In this document: in pieces, positions 1 to 9,367 of the stretch
Numbering within the stretch: position 1 is the first letter of the stretch
Layout: every line of letters starts with the position of its first letter
Source: Alphaproteobacteria bacterium
GTDB taxonomy: Bacteria; Pseudomonadota; Alphaproteobacteria; UBA828
DNA: 64,000 nt
Assembly: GCA_965214705.1 (NCBI GenBank)
Contig: OZ243972.1
Location: forward strand, 2,272,001 to 2,336,000
Direction: 5' to 3'
Made by a program: the position numbers and the translations under genes
The notes under the pieces: generated by a model
Told to the model about the DNA's origin: nothing
The model's input: the letters and a program-made list of their open reading frames with translations, nothing else
Database searches by the model: none

Positions 1-126
1 CAGTGCGACGCCAGCGATGCAAAGGACGGCGAGCTGCAGGCCGAGGCCGCAGCTGAGCGCAATGGGCGGTCGTTCGTCGGGCTCGTAGCGAACGCCGCCG
101 GGCCGCTCGGAGCCGCCTGTCGTCAT
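1..126 (-). CDS. N-terminus of a probable NCS2/xanthine-uracil (SLC23) permease, runs off the window edge
   Basis: Manual translation from ATG at 126 (GGAGGG RBS upstream): MTTGGSERPGGVRYEPDERPPIALSCGLGLQLAVLCIAGVAL; the 'YxxDERPP...LGLQ' start is typical of NCS2 permeases. Not in the ORF track. Confidence 0.6.
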   Translation of the reverse strand, partial: MTTGGSERPGGVRYEPDERPPIALSCGLGLQLAVLCIAGVAL

Positions 127-222
127 TCCGCACCCTCCCTGTCCAGAGCGCGGGCGGCACTGTGGCACATGATCGTGCTGTAACGAAGCGGCATACGGCG
201 GCCGGAAGCGCGATCGCCGGGG

Positions 223-1125
223 TTACACGTCGTATTCGAGCCCGATGTCACGGTAGCGCTCAGGGTCCTCAAGCCAGCGCTGGCGCACCTTGACGAAGAG
301 CTTGAGGTCGATCGGGCGACCGAGAATATCGGAAAGCTCGGCGCGCGCCGCCGTGCCGATCGCCCTGATCCGCCGCCCACCCTTGCCGAGGACGATGCCT
401 TTGTGCGTCTCCCGCTGCACGTAGATCACCTGCTCGACCCGTGCGCCTCCGTTGCGGGCACTGGTCCAGCCTTCGGTCTCGACCGCGACGGCATAGGGCA
501 ACTCCTGGCGCAGCTGCAGGAAGAGCTGCTCGCGCGTGATCTCCGCCGCCAGCAGGCGCTCCGATATGTCGGTGAGCTGGTCTTCCGGGTAGAGCCAGGG
601 GCCCGGCGGCATCCGCGCCTTGAGCACATCCAGCAGGTCGTCGACCCCGTCGCCGTCGAGCGCCGAGACCATGAAGATATCGGCCGCGAGCCCGGTTTCC
701 TCGACCCCCGCTGCGAGTGGCAGCAAGGCGTGGCGCGGCACCAGGTCGATCTTGTTGAGCGCCACCAGGGTCTTGCGCCCGGTCTCCTTGAGCCGGTCGA
801 TGATGGCCCTGGTCTCGCCCGTCAACCCACGCCGTGCATCCACCAGCAGCAAGATGGCGTCGGCGTCGTGCGCGCCGCTCCAGGCGGCGTGGACCATTGC
901 GCGCTCGAAACGGTGCCGGGCGGCGAAGATACCGGGCGTGTCGACGAAGACGAGCTGGACGTCGTCGATCACGCGGATGCCGCGCAGTCTGCTCCGCGTG
1001 GTCTGCACCTTGGGCGAGACGATGGCGACCTTGGCGCCCACCAGCCGGTTGACCAGGGTCGACTTGCCGACATTGGGCGCCCCCAGCACGGCGACGAAGC
1101 CCGCGCGGGTGCCGCCCTCAGCCAT
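223..1125 (-). CDS. era: GTPase Era
   Basis: GAPNVGKS P-loop, DTPG, NKID, C-terminal KH domain; downstream of rnc. Confidence 0.97.
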   Translation of the reverse strand: MAEGGTRAGFVAVLGAPNVGKSTLVNRLVGAKVAIVSPKVQTTRSRLRGIRVIDDVQLVFVDTPGIFAARHRFERAMVHAAWSGAHDADAILLLVDARRGLTGETRAIIDRLKETGRKTLVALNKIDLVPRHALLPLAAGVEETGLAADIFMVSALDGDGVDDLLDVLKARMPPGPWLYPEDQLTDISERLLAAEITREQLFLQLRQELPYAVAVETEGWTSARNGGARVEQVIYVQRETHKGIVLGKGGRRIRAIGTAARAELSDILGRPIDLKLFVKVRQRWLEDPERYRDIGLEYDV

Positions 1126-1819
1126 CGCCGTCGCTCTCGCTATCGGCGATGCGCGCGAGTAACGCGCCGGCGGCGCATTGCTCGGCTGCGCGCTTGGTGG
1201 CGCCGGTGGCGACCGTCTTGCCGAGCCTGGCGACCTCCGCCTCGACCTCGAAAAGCGGGGCGTGGGCGGGGCCGGTGGAGGACAGCGTGCGGTAGACAGG
1301 CAGCCCGAGCGCCCGCGATTGCGTCCACTCCTGAAGCCGGGTCTTGGGATCGCGCGGCGGTTCGGGATCGGCGTTCATCGCCGGCGCCCAGTGGCGGCGA
1401 ATGAAGCGCTCGGCGGCTTGGAGACCGCCGTCGATATAGAGGGCGCCGATGATCGCCTCGCAGGCATCCGCCAGATTGGCCGGATTGTCGCGTCCGCCGC
1501 CGGTGCCCTCGCTGCGGCTCAGTGTGAGCCGGTCGCCGAGCGCGAGGCTGCGGGCCACGCCCTCCAGCGCCTCGCGACGAACCAGAGCCGAATAGCGTTG
1601 CGAGAGGGCGCCCTCGGCCTCGTGCGGGAACGCCTCGTAGAGCATCGCCGCCACGACCATGCCGAGCACGCGATCGCCCAGGAATTCGAGGCGCTGGTTG
1701 CTGCCCGCCTGCGTGCCGGCGCTCGGATGGCGGAGCGCTAGAGCGAGCAGCGCCGGTCGCGCGAAGCGGTGGCCGAGAGCCTCTTCGAGCGAGCCGGCCG
1801 CTGCGGCGTCTTCTGCCAC
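1118..1819 (-). CDS. rnc: Ribonuclease III
   Basis: NQRLEFLGDRVLG signature, ADACEAIIGALYIDGG, C-terminal dsRBD (DPKTRLQEW). Start set at GTG 1819 with GGAG upstream; the longer track ORF overlaps lepB. Confidence 0.95.
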   Translation of the reverse strand: MAEDAAAAGSLEEALGHRFARPALLALALRHPSAGTQAGSNQRLEFLGDRVLGMVVAAMLYEAFPHEAEGALSQRYSALVRREALEGVARSLALGDRLTLSRSEGTGGGRDNPANLADACEAIIGALYIDGGLQAAERFIRRHWAPAMNADPEPPRDPKTRLQEWTQSRALGLPVYRTLSSTGPAHAPLFEVEAEVARLGKTVATGATKRAAEQCAAGALLARIADSESDGDG

Positions 1820-1854
1820 CGGCTCCGGCGGCGGCTCAGTTGCGCCTCTGGGCG

Positions 1855-2622
1855 CTAGTCGATCGCCTTGAATACTCGCTCGCCGCGTGTCGCGCTCGGC
1901 CAGTTCCAGACCTCCCCGATGCTGGTTCCATCTTCCAGCGAGTGGAAGATGAACTCGGCCCGGCCCACGAGGTTTTCGGACGGGATGAACCCGACCGAGG
2001 GTACACGGCTGTCGAGCGAGTTGTCCCGGTTGTCGCCCATGGCGAAGTAATGGTCGGCGGGCACGGTGTAGATCTGCGTGTTGTCGAGGCCGCCGGTGGG
2101 CGTCGCGTCGAGGGTCATGTAGCTCACGCCGTTCGGCAGCGTCTCGCGATACTGGCGCAGGACCCGCTCCCGGCCGTAGCGGTCCGTGTAGCTGTAGTCG
2201 TCCACGCGTTCGCGCTTCACCGGCGTCCCGTTGATGTGGAGCACGCCCTTGAGCACCTGGATGCGGTCTCCCGGCAGCCCGATGATGCGCTTGATGTAGT
2301 CGGTCTCGTTGTCGCGGGGCAGCTTGAAGACCGCGACGTCGCCCCGATCGGGTGGGCTGTCGATGATGCGGCCGTCGAAGATATCGACGCCCCACGGCAG
2401 GGAGTACGTGCTGTAGCCGTAGGCGTACTTCGACACGAACAGGTAGTCGCCCACGAGCAGGGTCGGGATCATCGAGCCCGATGGGATGTTGAAGGGCTCG
2501 ATGGCGACGGTGCGGACGATCAGCGCAGCCAGCACCGCGTAGATCAGGGTCCGGATCGTGTCCCAGAAGCCGCTGAATCTGCGCTTGGCTGAGCCCTTGT
2601 CTTGAGATTTGGCGCGCGCCAT
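1855..2622 (-). CDS. lepB: Signal peptidase I
   Basis: IPSGSMIPTL catalytic Ser, YIKRIIGLPGD catalytic Lys, GDNRDNSLDSR. Confidence 0.97.
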   Translation of the reverse strand: MARAKSQDKGSAKRRFSGFWDTIRTLIYAVLAALIVRTVAIEPFNIPSGSMIPTLLVGDYLFVSKYAYGYSTYSLPWGVDIFDGRIIDSPPDRGDVAVFKLPRDNETDYIKRIIGLPGDRIQVLKGVLHINGTPVKRERVDDYSYTDRYGRERVLRQYRETLPNGVSYMTLDATPTGGLDNTQIYTVPADHYFAMGDNRDNSLDSRVPSVGFIPSENLVGRAEFIFHSLEDGTSIGEVWNWPSATRGERVFKAID

Positions 2623-2681
2623 GTGCGGTCGGTTCGGTTCCAGCTGTTCGCGGCCCGGGCCGCCCGCTGCCCTCGTTGCCG

Positions 2682-3086
2682 TCAGTCGGTTGCAGGGATT
2701 GCAGTAATCACCACGATGGCCTGGGCGATGGGTGGCTCATCGGTCATGGTCACGTCGATCCGGCACCTCATGCCCGAAGGCGTGAGCGATTGCAAGCGCC
2801 TGAGCGCGCCGCCGCTGAGCTCGATGGTCGGCTGGCCGCTGGGCAGGTTGACCACCGCCATGTCGCGCCAGAAGACACCTTGGCGGAGCCCGGTGCCGAG
2901 CGCCTTCGCGCAGGCCTCCTTGGCGGCGAAGCGACGGGCGTAGGTTTCCTCCGGCCTCAGCCGGCGCTCGGCACGTGCGCGTTCGACTGCGGTGAAGACA
3001 CGGTGGGTGAAGCGTGCACCGAAGCGGTCGAGCGTGCCCGCGATCCGCCTAATGTCGACGATGTCGGCGCCGAGGCCGACGATCAT
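2682..3086 (-). CDS. acpS: Holo-[acyl-carrier-protein] synthase
   Basis: [30 protein letters not shown]; alternative GTG start at 3119. Confidence 0.95.
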   Translation of the reverse strand: MIVGLGADIVDIRRIAGTLDRFGARFTHRVFTAVERARAERRLRPEETYARRFAAKEACAKALGTGLRQGVFWRDMAVVNLPSGQPTIELSGGALRRLQSLTPSGMRCRIDVTMTDEPPIAQAIVVITAIPATD

Positions 3087-3132
3087 AGGCCAGGCCGGTG
3101 GCTCGGCAACGGCGCTCACCGCACGCGCCCCA

Positions 3133-3828
3133 TCAGCGGCCGCGGTCCACCAGCACCTGGTCGAGATGGGTCACGTTCGCGGCGGCCGGCTGGGCGTCGC
3201 CCTGGGCGGGCTCAGGGGCTGCATCGGGGATGGTGATTTCGTCATCCGCCTGCCGTGTGGGGTCCAGTTTGGCGCGGCGCTCCTCGTCGAGTATGCGCCT
3301 GCGCCGCAGGCGCCTGGTTTGGCGGTGGTGCTGGTAGTTGCCCACCACCCGCCGGATCGGGAAGAAGAACAAAACCCACACGACCACCGCCGTCGGCAGG
3401 CCGCCCACCAGCATGGGCAGCAGCACCGTACCCGGCTCCTCGAAAATGGTGCCGATCGTCATATCGGCGGGCAGCTCCTGGCCGCGCTCGTAGCCGAGAA
3501 TCCAGGTTCCGAGCCAAATGATCCCCGCCCAGATGAACGGGAATGTCCACGGATTGCCGACCGCGGTGCCGATCGCCGACGCGATGACGTTGCCGCGCAG
3601 CGCCCAGGCGAGTACGGCGGCGAGAATGAAGTGGAACCCGATCAAGGGCGTGAACGAAACCGCCGCTCCGCACGCGAAGCCGCAGGCGATGGCGTAGGGC
3701 GAGCCTTGCAGGCGTTTAAGCTTGAAGGTCCAGTATCGAAGAACCCGGCCCCAGTTCATGTTGGGCCACACGAACCGCCGCACGCGGGCCCATCGGCTCA
3801 GCTTCTTGCGTCGGCGAAACAGGCTCAA
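3133..3828 (-). CDS. DUF2062 family membrane protein
   Basis: [20 protein letters not shown] and [10 protein letters not shown] motifs; usual neighbour of acpS in alphaproteobacteria; TTG start at 3828 is an estimate. Confidence 0.85.
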   Translation of the reverse strand: MSLFRRRKKLSRWARVRRFVWPNMNWGRVLRYWTFKLKRLQGSPYAIACGFACGAAVSFTPLIGFHFILAAVLAWALRGNVIASAIGTAVGNPWTFPFIWAGIIWLGTWILGYERGQELPADMTIGTIFEEPGTVLLPMLVGGLPTAVVVWVLFFFPIRRVVGNYQHHRQTRRLRRRRILDEERRAKLDPTRQADDEITIPDAAPEPAQGDAQPAAANVTHLDQVLVDRGR

Positions 3829-4065
3829 GGCGGCCCTCGCCTCAGCCCGCGCTCCGCTGGACTCTCCGCCCCAGCCAAGCGCGCGACGCACGACCGGAAG
3901 CTACCGCCCATGTCATCGCCATCCTCCCAACTGCGGGTCCACCCTTCTTATTTTTCCTCCCTAATCCGAGACTTAGCCCATGTTCGGGCGGTCGTGCAAG
4001 GCTTGGCGCACCTGCGCGCCCGATCCCCGAACGGGTCTCCGTGCCTATATCTAGCCAAGTCCGCC

Positions 4066-4093
4066 TTGCATTTTGTATGGGGTACTGTATATT
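4066..4093 (+). promoter_or_regulatory. Putative sigma70 promoter of gcrA
   Basis: TTGCAT-16 nt-TATATT in an AT-rich stretch about 70 nt upstream of the gcrA ATG. Confidence 0.4.
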
Positions 4094-4161
4094 GGGAGTT
4101 TAGGGCACAGCGCGACAATATTTGGACCGGTGCAAGCCCGGCACCGCACGGAGGGACGGTT

Positions 4162-4623
4162 ATGACAGCCTGGACGCCGGAGCGGGTCGCCACCGTGACC
4201 CGGCTGTGGAACGAAGGACTCACGACCGCCGAGATCGGGCGTGCGGTCGGCATGTCAAAGAATGCCGTCGTCGGCAAGGCACATCGCCTGCAGCTGCCGC
4301 CGCGCCCGTCGCCGATCCGGCGCGGAAAGAGTTATTCGCGCACACCGAAGGCCAAGAACGGCGTGAACGGTGCAAACGGTGTGCATGGCACGAACGGGCG
4401 CAAGTCGGCAACGGCGCAGTCCGGGATCGTGGTGCCGGCAAGATCGCGAGCGCCGGAGCCGCCTCTCGCCGTGGGCAGCTCGGCGTGCAAATGGCCGATC
4501 GGCCATCCGGACGAGCCCAGCTTCCACTTCTGTGGCGAGCTTGCGCTACTCGGCAAGCCCTACTGCCTGGAGCACTACCGCAGGGCTTACGTGGCCGTCA
4601 GGTCCCGCTCCGACGCGGCCTGA
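4162..4623 (+). CDS. gcrA: GcrA cell-cycle regulator
   Basis: WTPERVATVTRLWNEGLTTAEIG...SKNAVVGKAHRL N-domain; CKWPIGHP...FHFCG...PYCLEH C-domain; GGAGGG RBS. Confidence 0.93.
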   Translation: MTAWTPERVATVTRLWNEGLTTAEIGRAVGMSKNAVVGKAHRLQLPPRPSPIRRGKSYSRTPKAKNGVNGANGVHGTNGRKSATAQSGIVVPARSRAPEPPLAVGSSACKWPIGHPDEPSFHFCGELALLGKPYCLEHYRRAYVAVRSRSDAA

Positions 4624-4656
4624 TCCATCCCCGGCGGGGCCTCGCCGCCGGCGTCG

Positions 4657-5010
4657 CTACGATGCCGGCTGGTCGGGCTTGGACGAGGCGGACAGCCGCT
4701 CGACTTCGGCATCCATGCGGCCCTGCCACATCAGCGCCCACATGTGAAAGTCGCCGGCCAGGCTGAACAGCGGATAGGTGAACGTCGCCGGCCTGTTGCG
4801 CTCGATCAACAGGTGGCTGAGCCAGGCAAAGAAGTAGCCGCAGACAAGCGCGGCAATTAGCAACAGGGGCTCTCCCAAGACGCCGGCGATGACGACCAGG
4901 GCAACGGAGCCCGTGGTGCCGATGAAGTGCATCCGGCGGGTTCCGGGCCGGCTGTGCTCGGACACATAGTAGGGCCAGAAGGCTCGATACCGACGGAACC
5001 GCTTGCTCAT
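4657..5010 (-). CDS. DUF962/Mpo1-like membrane protein
   Basis: FWPYYVSEHS..TRRMHFIGT, FAWLSHLLIERNRPATFTYPLFSLAGDF. Confidence 0.88.
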   Translation of the reverse strand: MSKRFRRYRAFWPYYVSEHSRPGTRRMHFIGTTGSVALVVIAGVLGEPLLLIAALVCGYFFAWLSHLLIERNRPATFTYPLFSLAGDFHMWALMWQGRMDAEVERLSASSKPDQPAS

Positions 5011-5158
5011 CGTCGCTACCCCCGATCTCGCTCACGCCCGCAACGCCGCCATCATGTCGCCCACTTCGTTGCGTTTTTGGGCTATGCTTGTGATTCTACA
5101 CCATCGTTCTCGACCCACGATCACGCGTTGAACCCGCACGGTTAGGGAGACCACGCCC

Positions 5159-5716
5159 ATGGCGGCGATGACCACACCCGTCTGCGATTTCGGCTGGAAA
5201 GCGGTGGACTTCCGGCTGGAGGGGACCGACGGCAAGACCTATACGCTGGCGGACTGCGCCGGCGAGCGCGGCACGCTGGTGATGTTCCTCTGCAACCATT
5301 GTCCATTCGTGAAGGCCGTTATCGACCGGATCGTGGGGGACGTGGACGCACTCAAGAGCCACGGGATCGGCGCGGTCGCCATCATGCCGAACGACACCGA
5401 GGCCTACCCCGCCGATTCGTTCGAGAACATGAGACTGTTCGGTGCTCAGCACGGGTTCGGCTTCCCCTACCTCATCGACCCGACCCAGGAGGTTGCGCGC
5501 GCCTATGACGCGGCGTGCACGCCGGATTTCTTCGGCTTCGACCGCGGTCTCGGCCTGCAATACCGGGGCCGGCTCGACGCCTCGCGGATGGAGCCGGTGC
5601 CGGATGCGCGCCGGGAGCTCCTCGAGGCCATGATCCAGGTCGCCGAGACCGGGCGCGGGCCCGAGGAGCAGCTGCCGTCCATGGGCTGCTCGATCAAGTG
5701 GCGCGAAGCCGCTTGA
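5159..5716 (+). CDS. Thioredoxin-like (AhpC/TSA) protein
   Basis: FLCNHCPFV, AACTPDFFGF, YRGRLD, C-terminal SMGCSIKW. Confidence 0.92.
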   Translation: MAAMTTPVCDFGWKAVDFRLEGTDGKTYTLADCAGERGTLVMFLCNHCPFVKAVIDRIVGDVDALKSHGIGAVAIMPNDTEAYPADSFENMRLFGAQHGFGFPYLIDPTQEVARAYDAACTPDFFGFDRGLGLQYRGRLDASRMEPVPDARRELLEAMIQVAETGRGPEEQLPSMGCSIKWREAA

Positions 5717-5770
5717 GCCGGTCTCCCGGGCTTTGCGGGCAGGCTGAGCGGCGCTGACGGAGGCACGCGC

Positions 5771-6514
5771 GTGGCGGATATCTTCCGAGAGGTCGATGAG
5801 GACCTTCGGCACGAACGCTATCTCAAGCTGTGGCGGCGGTGGCGCTACTGGCTGCTCGGGGTGGGCGTGGCAGCGCTCGGCGCCGCGGTCGCAGTTGTGA
5901 TGATCGCCGATGCCAGGGACAGCGCCCGCGAGGCCGAGGGGCGGCAGTTCGCGGCCGCCATGGCCGGGATCGAGTCCGGGCGCAGTGCGGAAGCCGTCGA
6001 GCAGCTGGCGGTGCTTGCTGCCGATTCCGAGACCGGGTACGCAGCGCTCGCCCGGCTCGCGGAGGCCGACGCGCGCGCCGGGCGCGGGGATATCAGCGGC
6101 GCTATCTTCGTCTACGACCAGATCGCCGCGGACTCCCGGCTCGACCCCCTCTATCGCGACCTGGGCGCCCTGCTCGCCGCGCAACGACTGATCGACCGTG
6201 CATCCGCTGCAGAAGTCAGCCAGCGGCTCGCGCCCCTGCTGGCGGGCCATTCGCCGTGGCGGCCGCTGGCGACGGAGCTTTCCGCCATCGCCGAGCTGCG
6301 CGCCGGCAACGAGGCGGCGGCGCGCGGGCTCTTCGCCGAGCTCGTGAGCGACCCGGCCGCGCCGCTGGGCTTGCGGCAGCGGGCGGCTGAGCTGTTGATG
6401 AGCCTTGGCGGCGATTTGGAGGCGGCGCTTGCGGGCGGTGCCCAGTCGGCCGACTGGGATGACGCCGACGCCGGAGGCTCGGACGACGCAGCCGCCGGGA
6501 GCACGGCGGAATGA
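5771..6514 (+). CDS. YfgM-like TPR ancillary SecYEG subunit
   Basis: DIFREVDEDLR start, one TM helix, helical repeats; upstream of bamB-der. Confidence 0.88.
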   Translation: MADIFREVDEDLRHERYLKLWRRWRYWLLGVGVAALGAAVAVVMIADARDSAREAEGRQFAAAMAGIESGRSAEAVEQLAVLAADSETGYAALARLAEADARAGRGDISGAIFVYDQIAADSRLDPLYRDLGALLAAQRLIDRASAAEVSQRLAPLLAGHSPWRPLATELSAIAELRAGNEAAARGLFAELVSDPAAPLGLRQRAAELLMSLGGDLEAALAGGAQSADWDDADAGGSDDAAAGSTAE

Positions 6515-7866
6515 GGCGCGCCGCACCCAAGGGCATCGCGCGTGGCGCCACCCTGCTCGGCCTTTGCGTCCTCTTGGGCCTTGGCGGCTGCGACACCGTC
6601 TCGGGATGGTTTGGCGACGAAGAGGCGTCGCCGGTGCCGGGCGAGCGGTTTTCGGTGATTTCCCTCGAACGGCAGCTCGAACCGGACCCCGGCGCCGACG
6701 CGCTGACGGTGCGCCTGCCGCCGCCCTACATGAACCAAGACTGGCCACAGTCGGGCGGCTACCCCCACCACGCCATGCATCACTTGGCTGCGGCAGACGT
6801 TCTCACCGAGCGCTGGCGGGCCAGAATCGGCAGCGGCACCGACGACGACGGGCCCGCTCTCGCATCGCCGGTCGTGGCCGCCGGGCGCGTCTTCACCATG
6901 GACACGAGGAGCCTGATCTCGTCCTTCGACGCCGACACCGGTGCAAGGCTATGGGCCGCCGACATGCTGCCGGAGGACGATGACGAGGGTGCATTCGGCG
7001 GCGGCCTTGCAGTGGCAGGGGGCTGGCTGTTCGCGACGACGGGGCTTGGCCACGTGCTCGCGCTGGATGCGGAGACAGGTGCTTTGCAATGGCAGCAGTC
7101 GGTCGGCGTGCCCGTGCGCACTCCGCCCGTGGTCTCCGGCGGCCGCGTCTTCGCCATAAGCCACGACAATCGGTTGTGGGTGCTGGATGCCCGCACCGGC
7201 GCCGTGCAATGGAGCCATGCGGCGATCGCGGAGAGCGCGGGCTTTCTCGGCGGCGCGGCCCCGGCAGTGGATGGCGGCATCGTGGTGGCACCCTTCTCGT
7301 CCGGCGAGTTGACGGCGCTTCGGGTCGAGAACGGCCGCACGGTCTGGGCCGACATCCTCGCCGTCCAGGGCGTCCGTATCGGCGCCATCGCCACGTTCAA
7401 CGATACCGACGGCAACCCCGTGATCGACCGCGGCATGGTGTTCGCCATCGGGCATGGCGGGCGCATGGTCGCGATCGACGAGCGCAGCGGCCGGCGCATT
7501 TGGGAGCGGGACATCGCCGGTCTCGACACGCCCTGGGTCGCGGGCGACTTCATCTTCGTGTTGACCGCAGACGGCGAGGTTCTCTGCGTCGCGCGCGAGA
7601 GCGGCGCCATTCTCTGGGTGCGGTCGCTGCCGCGCTTCGAGGACCCGGAGGAGCGCGAGGACCCGATCTTCTGGTCCGGCCCGATCCTCGTCGGCGATCG
7701 GCTCATCGCTGCGGGGTCGGACGGCAGGATTCTCGCGGTCTCGCCCTACGACGGTCGCATTCTCGGCGGGCGCGATGTCGGGAGCGCCGTTCGCGAGCCG
7801 CCCGTGGTCGCCGATCGGACGCTCTTCCTCCTGACCGACGCAGCGGATCTGATCGCGCTGCGCTGA
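6511..7866 (+). CDS. bamB: BamB-like PQQ-repeat beta-propeller lipoprotein
   Basis: LGGC lipobox, repeated 'ALDAxTGxxxW' blades, yfgM-bamB-der synteny. Confidence 0.85.
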   Translation: MRRAAPKGIARGATLLGLCVLLGLGGCDTVSGWFGDEEASPVPGERFSVISLERQLEPDPGADALTVRLPPPYMNQDWPQSGGYPHHAMHHLAAADVLTERWRARIGSGTDDDGPALASPVVAAGRVFTMDTRSLISSFDADTGARLWAADMLPEDDDEGAFGGGLAVAGGWLFATTGLGHVLALDAETGALQWQQSVGVPVRTPPVVSGGRVFAISHDNRLWVLDARTGAVQWSHAAIAESAGFLGGAAPAVDGGIVVAPFSSGELTALRVENGRTVWADILAVQGVRIGAIATFNDTDGNPVIDRGMVFAIGHGGRMVAIDERSGRRIWERDIAGLDTPWVAGDFIFVLTADGEVLCVARESGAILWVRSLPRFEDPEEREDPIFWSGPILVGDRLIAAGSDGRILAVSPYDGRILGGRDVGSAVREPPVVADRTLFLLTDAADLIALR

Positions 7867-7882
7867 GGCTGAGGCCGGGCCT

Positions 7883-9214
7883 GTGGCCTTCACCGTTGCC
7901 ATCGTGGGACGCCCCAACGTCGGCAAGTCGACGCTCTTCAACCGGCTGGTCGGCCGGCGCGCGGCCCTCGTCGCGCCGACGCCCGGCGTAACGCGGGACC
8001 GGCGCGAAGGCTGGGCGCGCATCGGCCCGCTCAGGTTCCGCGCCATCGACACCGCCGGGCTCGAGGAAGCGGCGCCGGAAACCATCGCCGGCCGTATGAT
8101 GGCGCAGACCGAACGGGCGTTGGAAGAGGCCGACGCCGCGTTGCTTCTGATCGACGGGCGGGCAGGGGTGACGCCGGCGGACGAGTTCTTCGCGAACCAG
8201 CTCCGGCGGCTGCACGTGCCGGTCGTCCTCGCGGTCAACAAGTGCGAGGGCGGCGCGGCCGAGAGTGGGGTCGCCGAGGGTTATGCCCTCGGGCTCGGGC
8301 AGCCGATCCCGATCTCGGCCGAGCACGGCGAGGGCCTTGCGGACCTCTATGACGCACTCAGTCCCTTCGATTCCGAGACGTCGGAGGACGCAGCCCGTGC
8401 GGACGACGTGCTCCGGCTCGCCATCGTCGGCCGCCCCAATGTCGGCAAGTCGACGTTGCTCAACCGGCTGGTGGGCGAGGCGCGGGTCATCACCGGCGCG
8501 GAGCCGGGGCTCACGCGGGATTCGATCGCCGTGCGCTGGTCCTATGAAGGCCGCGCGGTCGAATTGGTGGATACGGCTGGCTTGCGCCGCCGAGCCAAGA
8601 CCGTGGCAGCGCTCGACAAACTCTCCGCGCGCGATGCCGAACGGGCGCTGGGCCAGGCGGCGGTGGTGCTTGTCGTGTTCGACGCCACCGACCCCGCCGG
8701 CCGTCAGGACATGGCGATCGCCGCCCGCGCAGCAGACGAAGGCCGGGCCGTCGTCATCGTGCTCAACAAGTGGGACGTGGTGCGGAACCGCGCGGCCACC
8801 CGCGCCGCCATCCAGGACCGGCTGGAGACCGCACTCGCGCAAGTCAAAGGGGTTCCGGTGGTGACCTGCTCGGCGCTGACCGGCGCGGGGATCGACGGCA
8901 TCATGCCGGCGGTGCTCGCCGCCTTCGATACCTGGAATCGCCGCGTGCCCACCGCCCAGCTCAACCGCTGGCTGGAAGGAGCGGTCGCCCACCATCCGCC
9001 GCCGCTCGCGGCCGGCCGAAGGCTCAGGCTCCGCTACATCACCCAGGTGAAGGCCAGGCCGCCCACCTTCGCCCTCTTCGCGAGCAAGCCGCAGGCCCTG
9101 CCCGAGAGCTACCGCCGCTATCTGGTGAATGGGATCGGCGCCGAATTCGGCCTCGCCGGCGTGCCCATCCGCCTGCTGCTGCGCGCCGGCAAGAACCCTT
9201 ATGCACCAGGGTAG
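7883..9214 (+). CDS. der: Ribosome biogenesis GTPase Der (EngA)
   Basis: Two GRPNVGKS / DTAG GTPase domains plus C-terminal KH-like domain. Confidence 0.97.
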   Translation: MAFTVAIVGRPNVGKSTLFNRLVGRRAALVAPTPGVTRDRREGWARIGPLRFRAIDTAGLEEAAPETIAGRMMAQTERALEEADAALLLIDGRAGVTPADEFFANQLRRLHVPVVLAVNKCEGGAAESGVAEGYALGLGQPIPISAEHGEGLADLYDALSPFDSETSEDAARADDVLRLAIVGRPNVGKSTLLNRLVGEARVITGAEPGLTRDSIAVRWSYEGRAVELVDTAGLRRRAKTVAALDKLSARDAERALGQAAVVLVVFDATDPAGRQDMAIAARAADEGRAVVIVLNKWDVVRNRAATRAAIQDRLETALAQVKGVPVVTCSALTGAGIDGIMPAVLAAFDTWNRRVPTAQLNRWLEGAVAHHPPPLAAGRRLRLRYITQVKARPPTFALFASKPQALPESYRRYLVNGIGAEFGLAGVPIRLLLRAGKNPYAPG

Positions 9215-9295
9215 GGTGGATTTCTCGCCGAGGCAGCGTTAAGGGCGTCGATGCCTGTCCGCGCGCGTCATGCGCAATGCGGAAGGCCGGGGAAG

Positions 9296-9367
9296 GAAAC
9301 AAAATCGAAAATTACAAAACGAACCCAATTTCTCATAACGCGTTGTTTCGCAACGAAATATTATGGG
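9296..9367. repeat. AT-rich intergenic element (TTACAAAACGAACCCAATTTC plus imperfect hairpin)
   Basis: Abrupt AT-rich tract between convergent genes; CATAA..CGTTG-TTTCG-CAACG..TTATG inverted repeat at 9334-9365. Confidence 0.35.

Noticed and set aside
1118-2395. 425-aa extended RNase III
   Set aside because: The extension is an alternative frame of lepB; likely start is GTG 1819.
3892-4161. CtrA box upstream of gcrA
   Set aside because: No TTAA-N7-TTAA found.
2992-4623. 543-aa ORF suggesting a large GcrA fusion
   Set aside because: The upstream part is antisense to DUF2062; the RBS and GcrA homology start at 4162.
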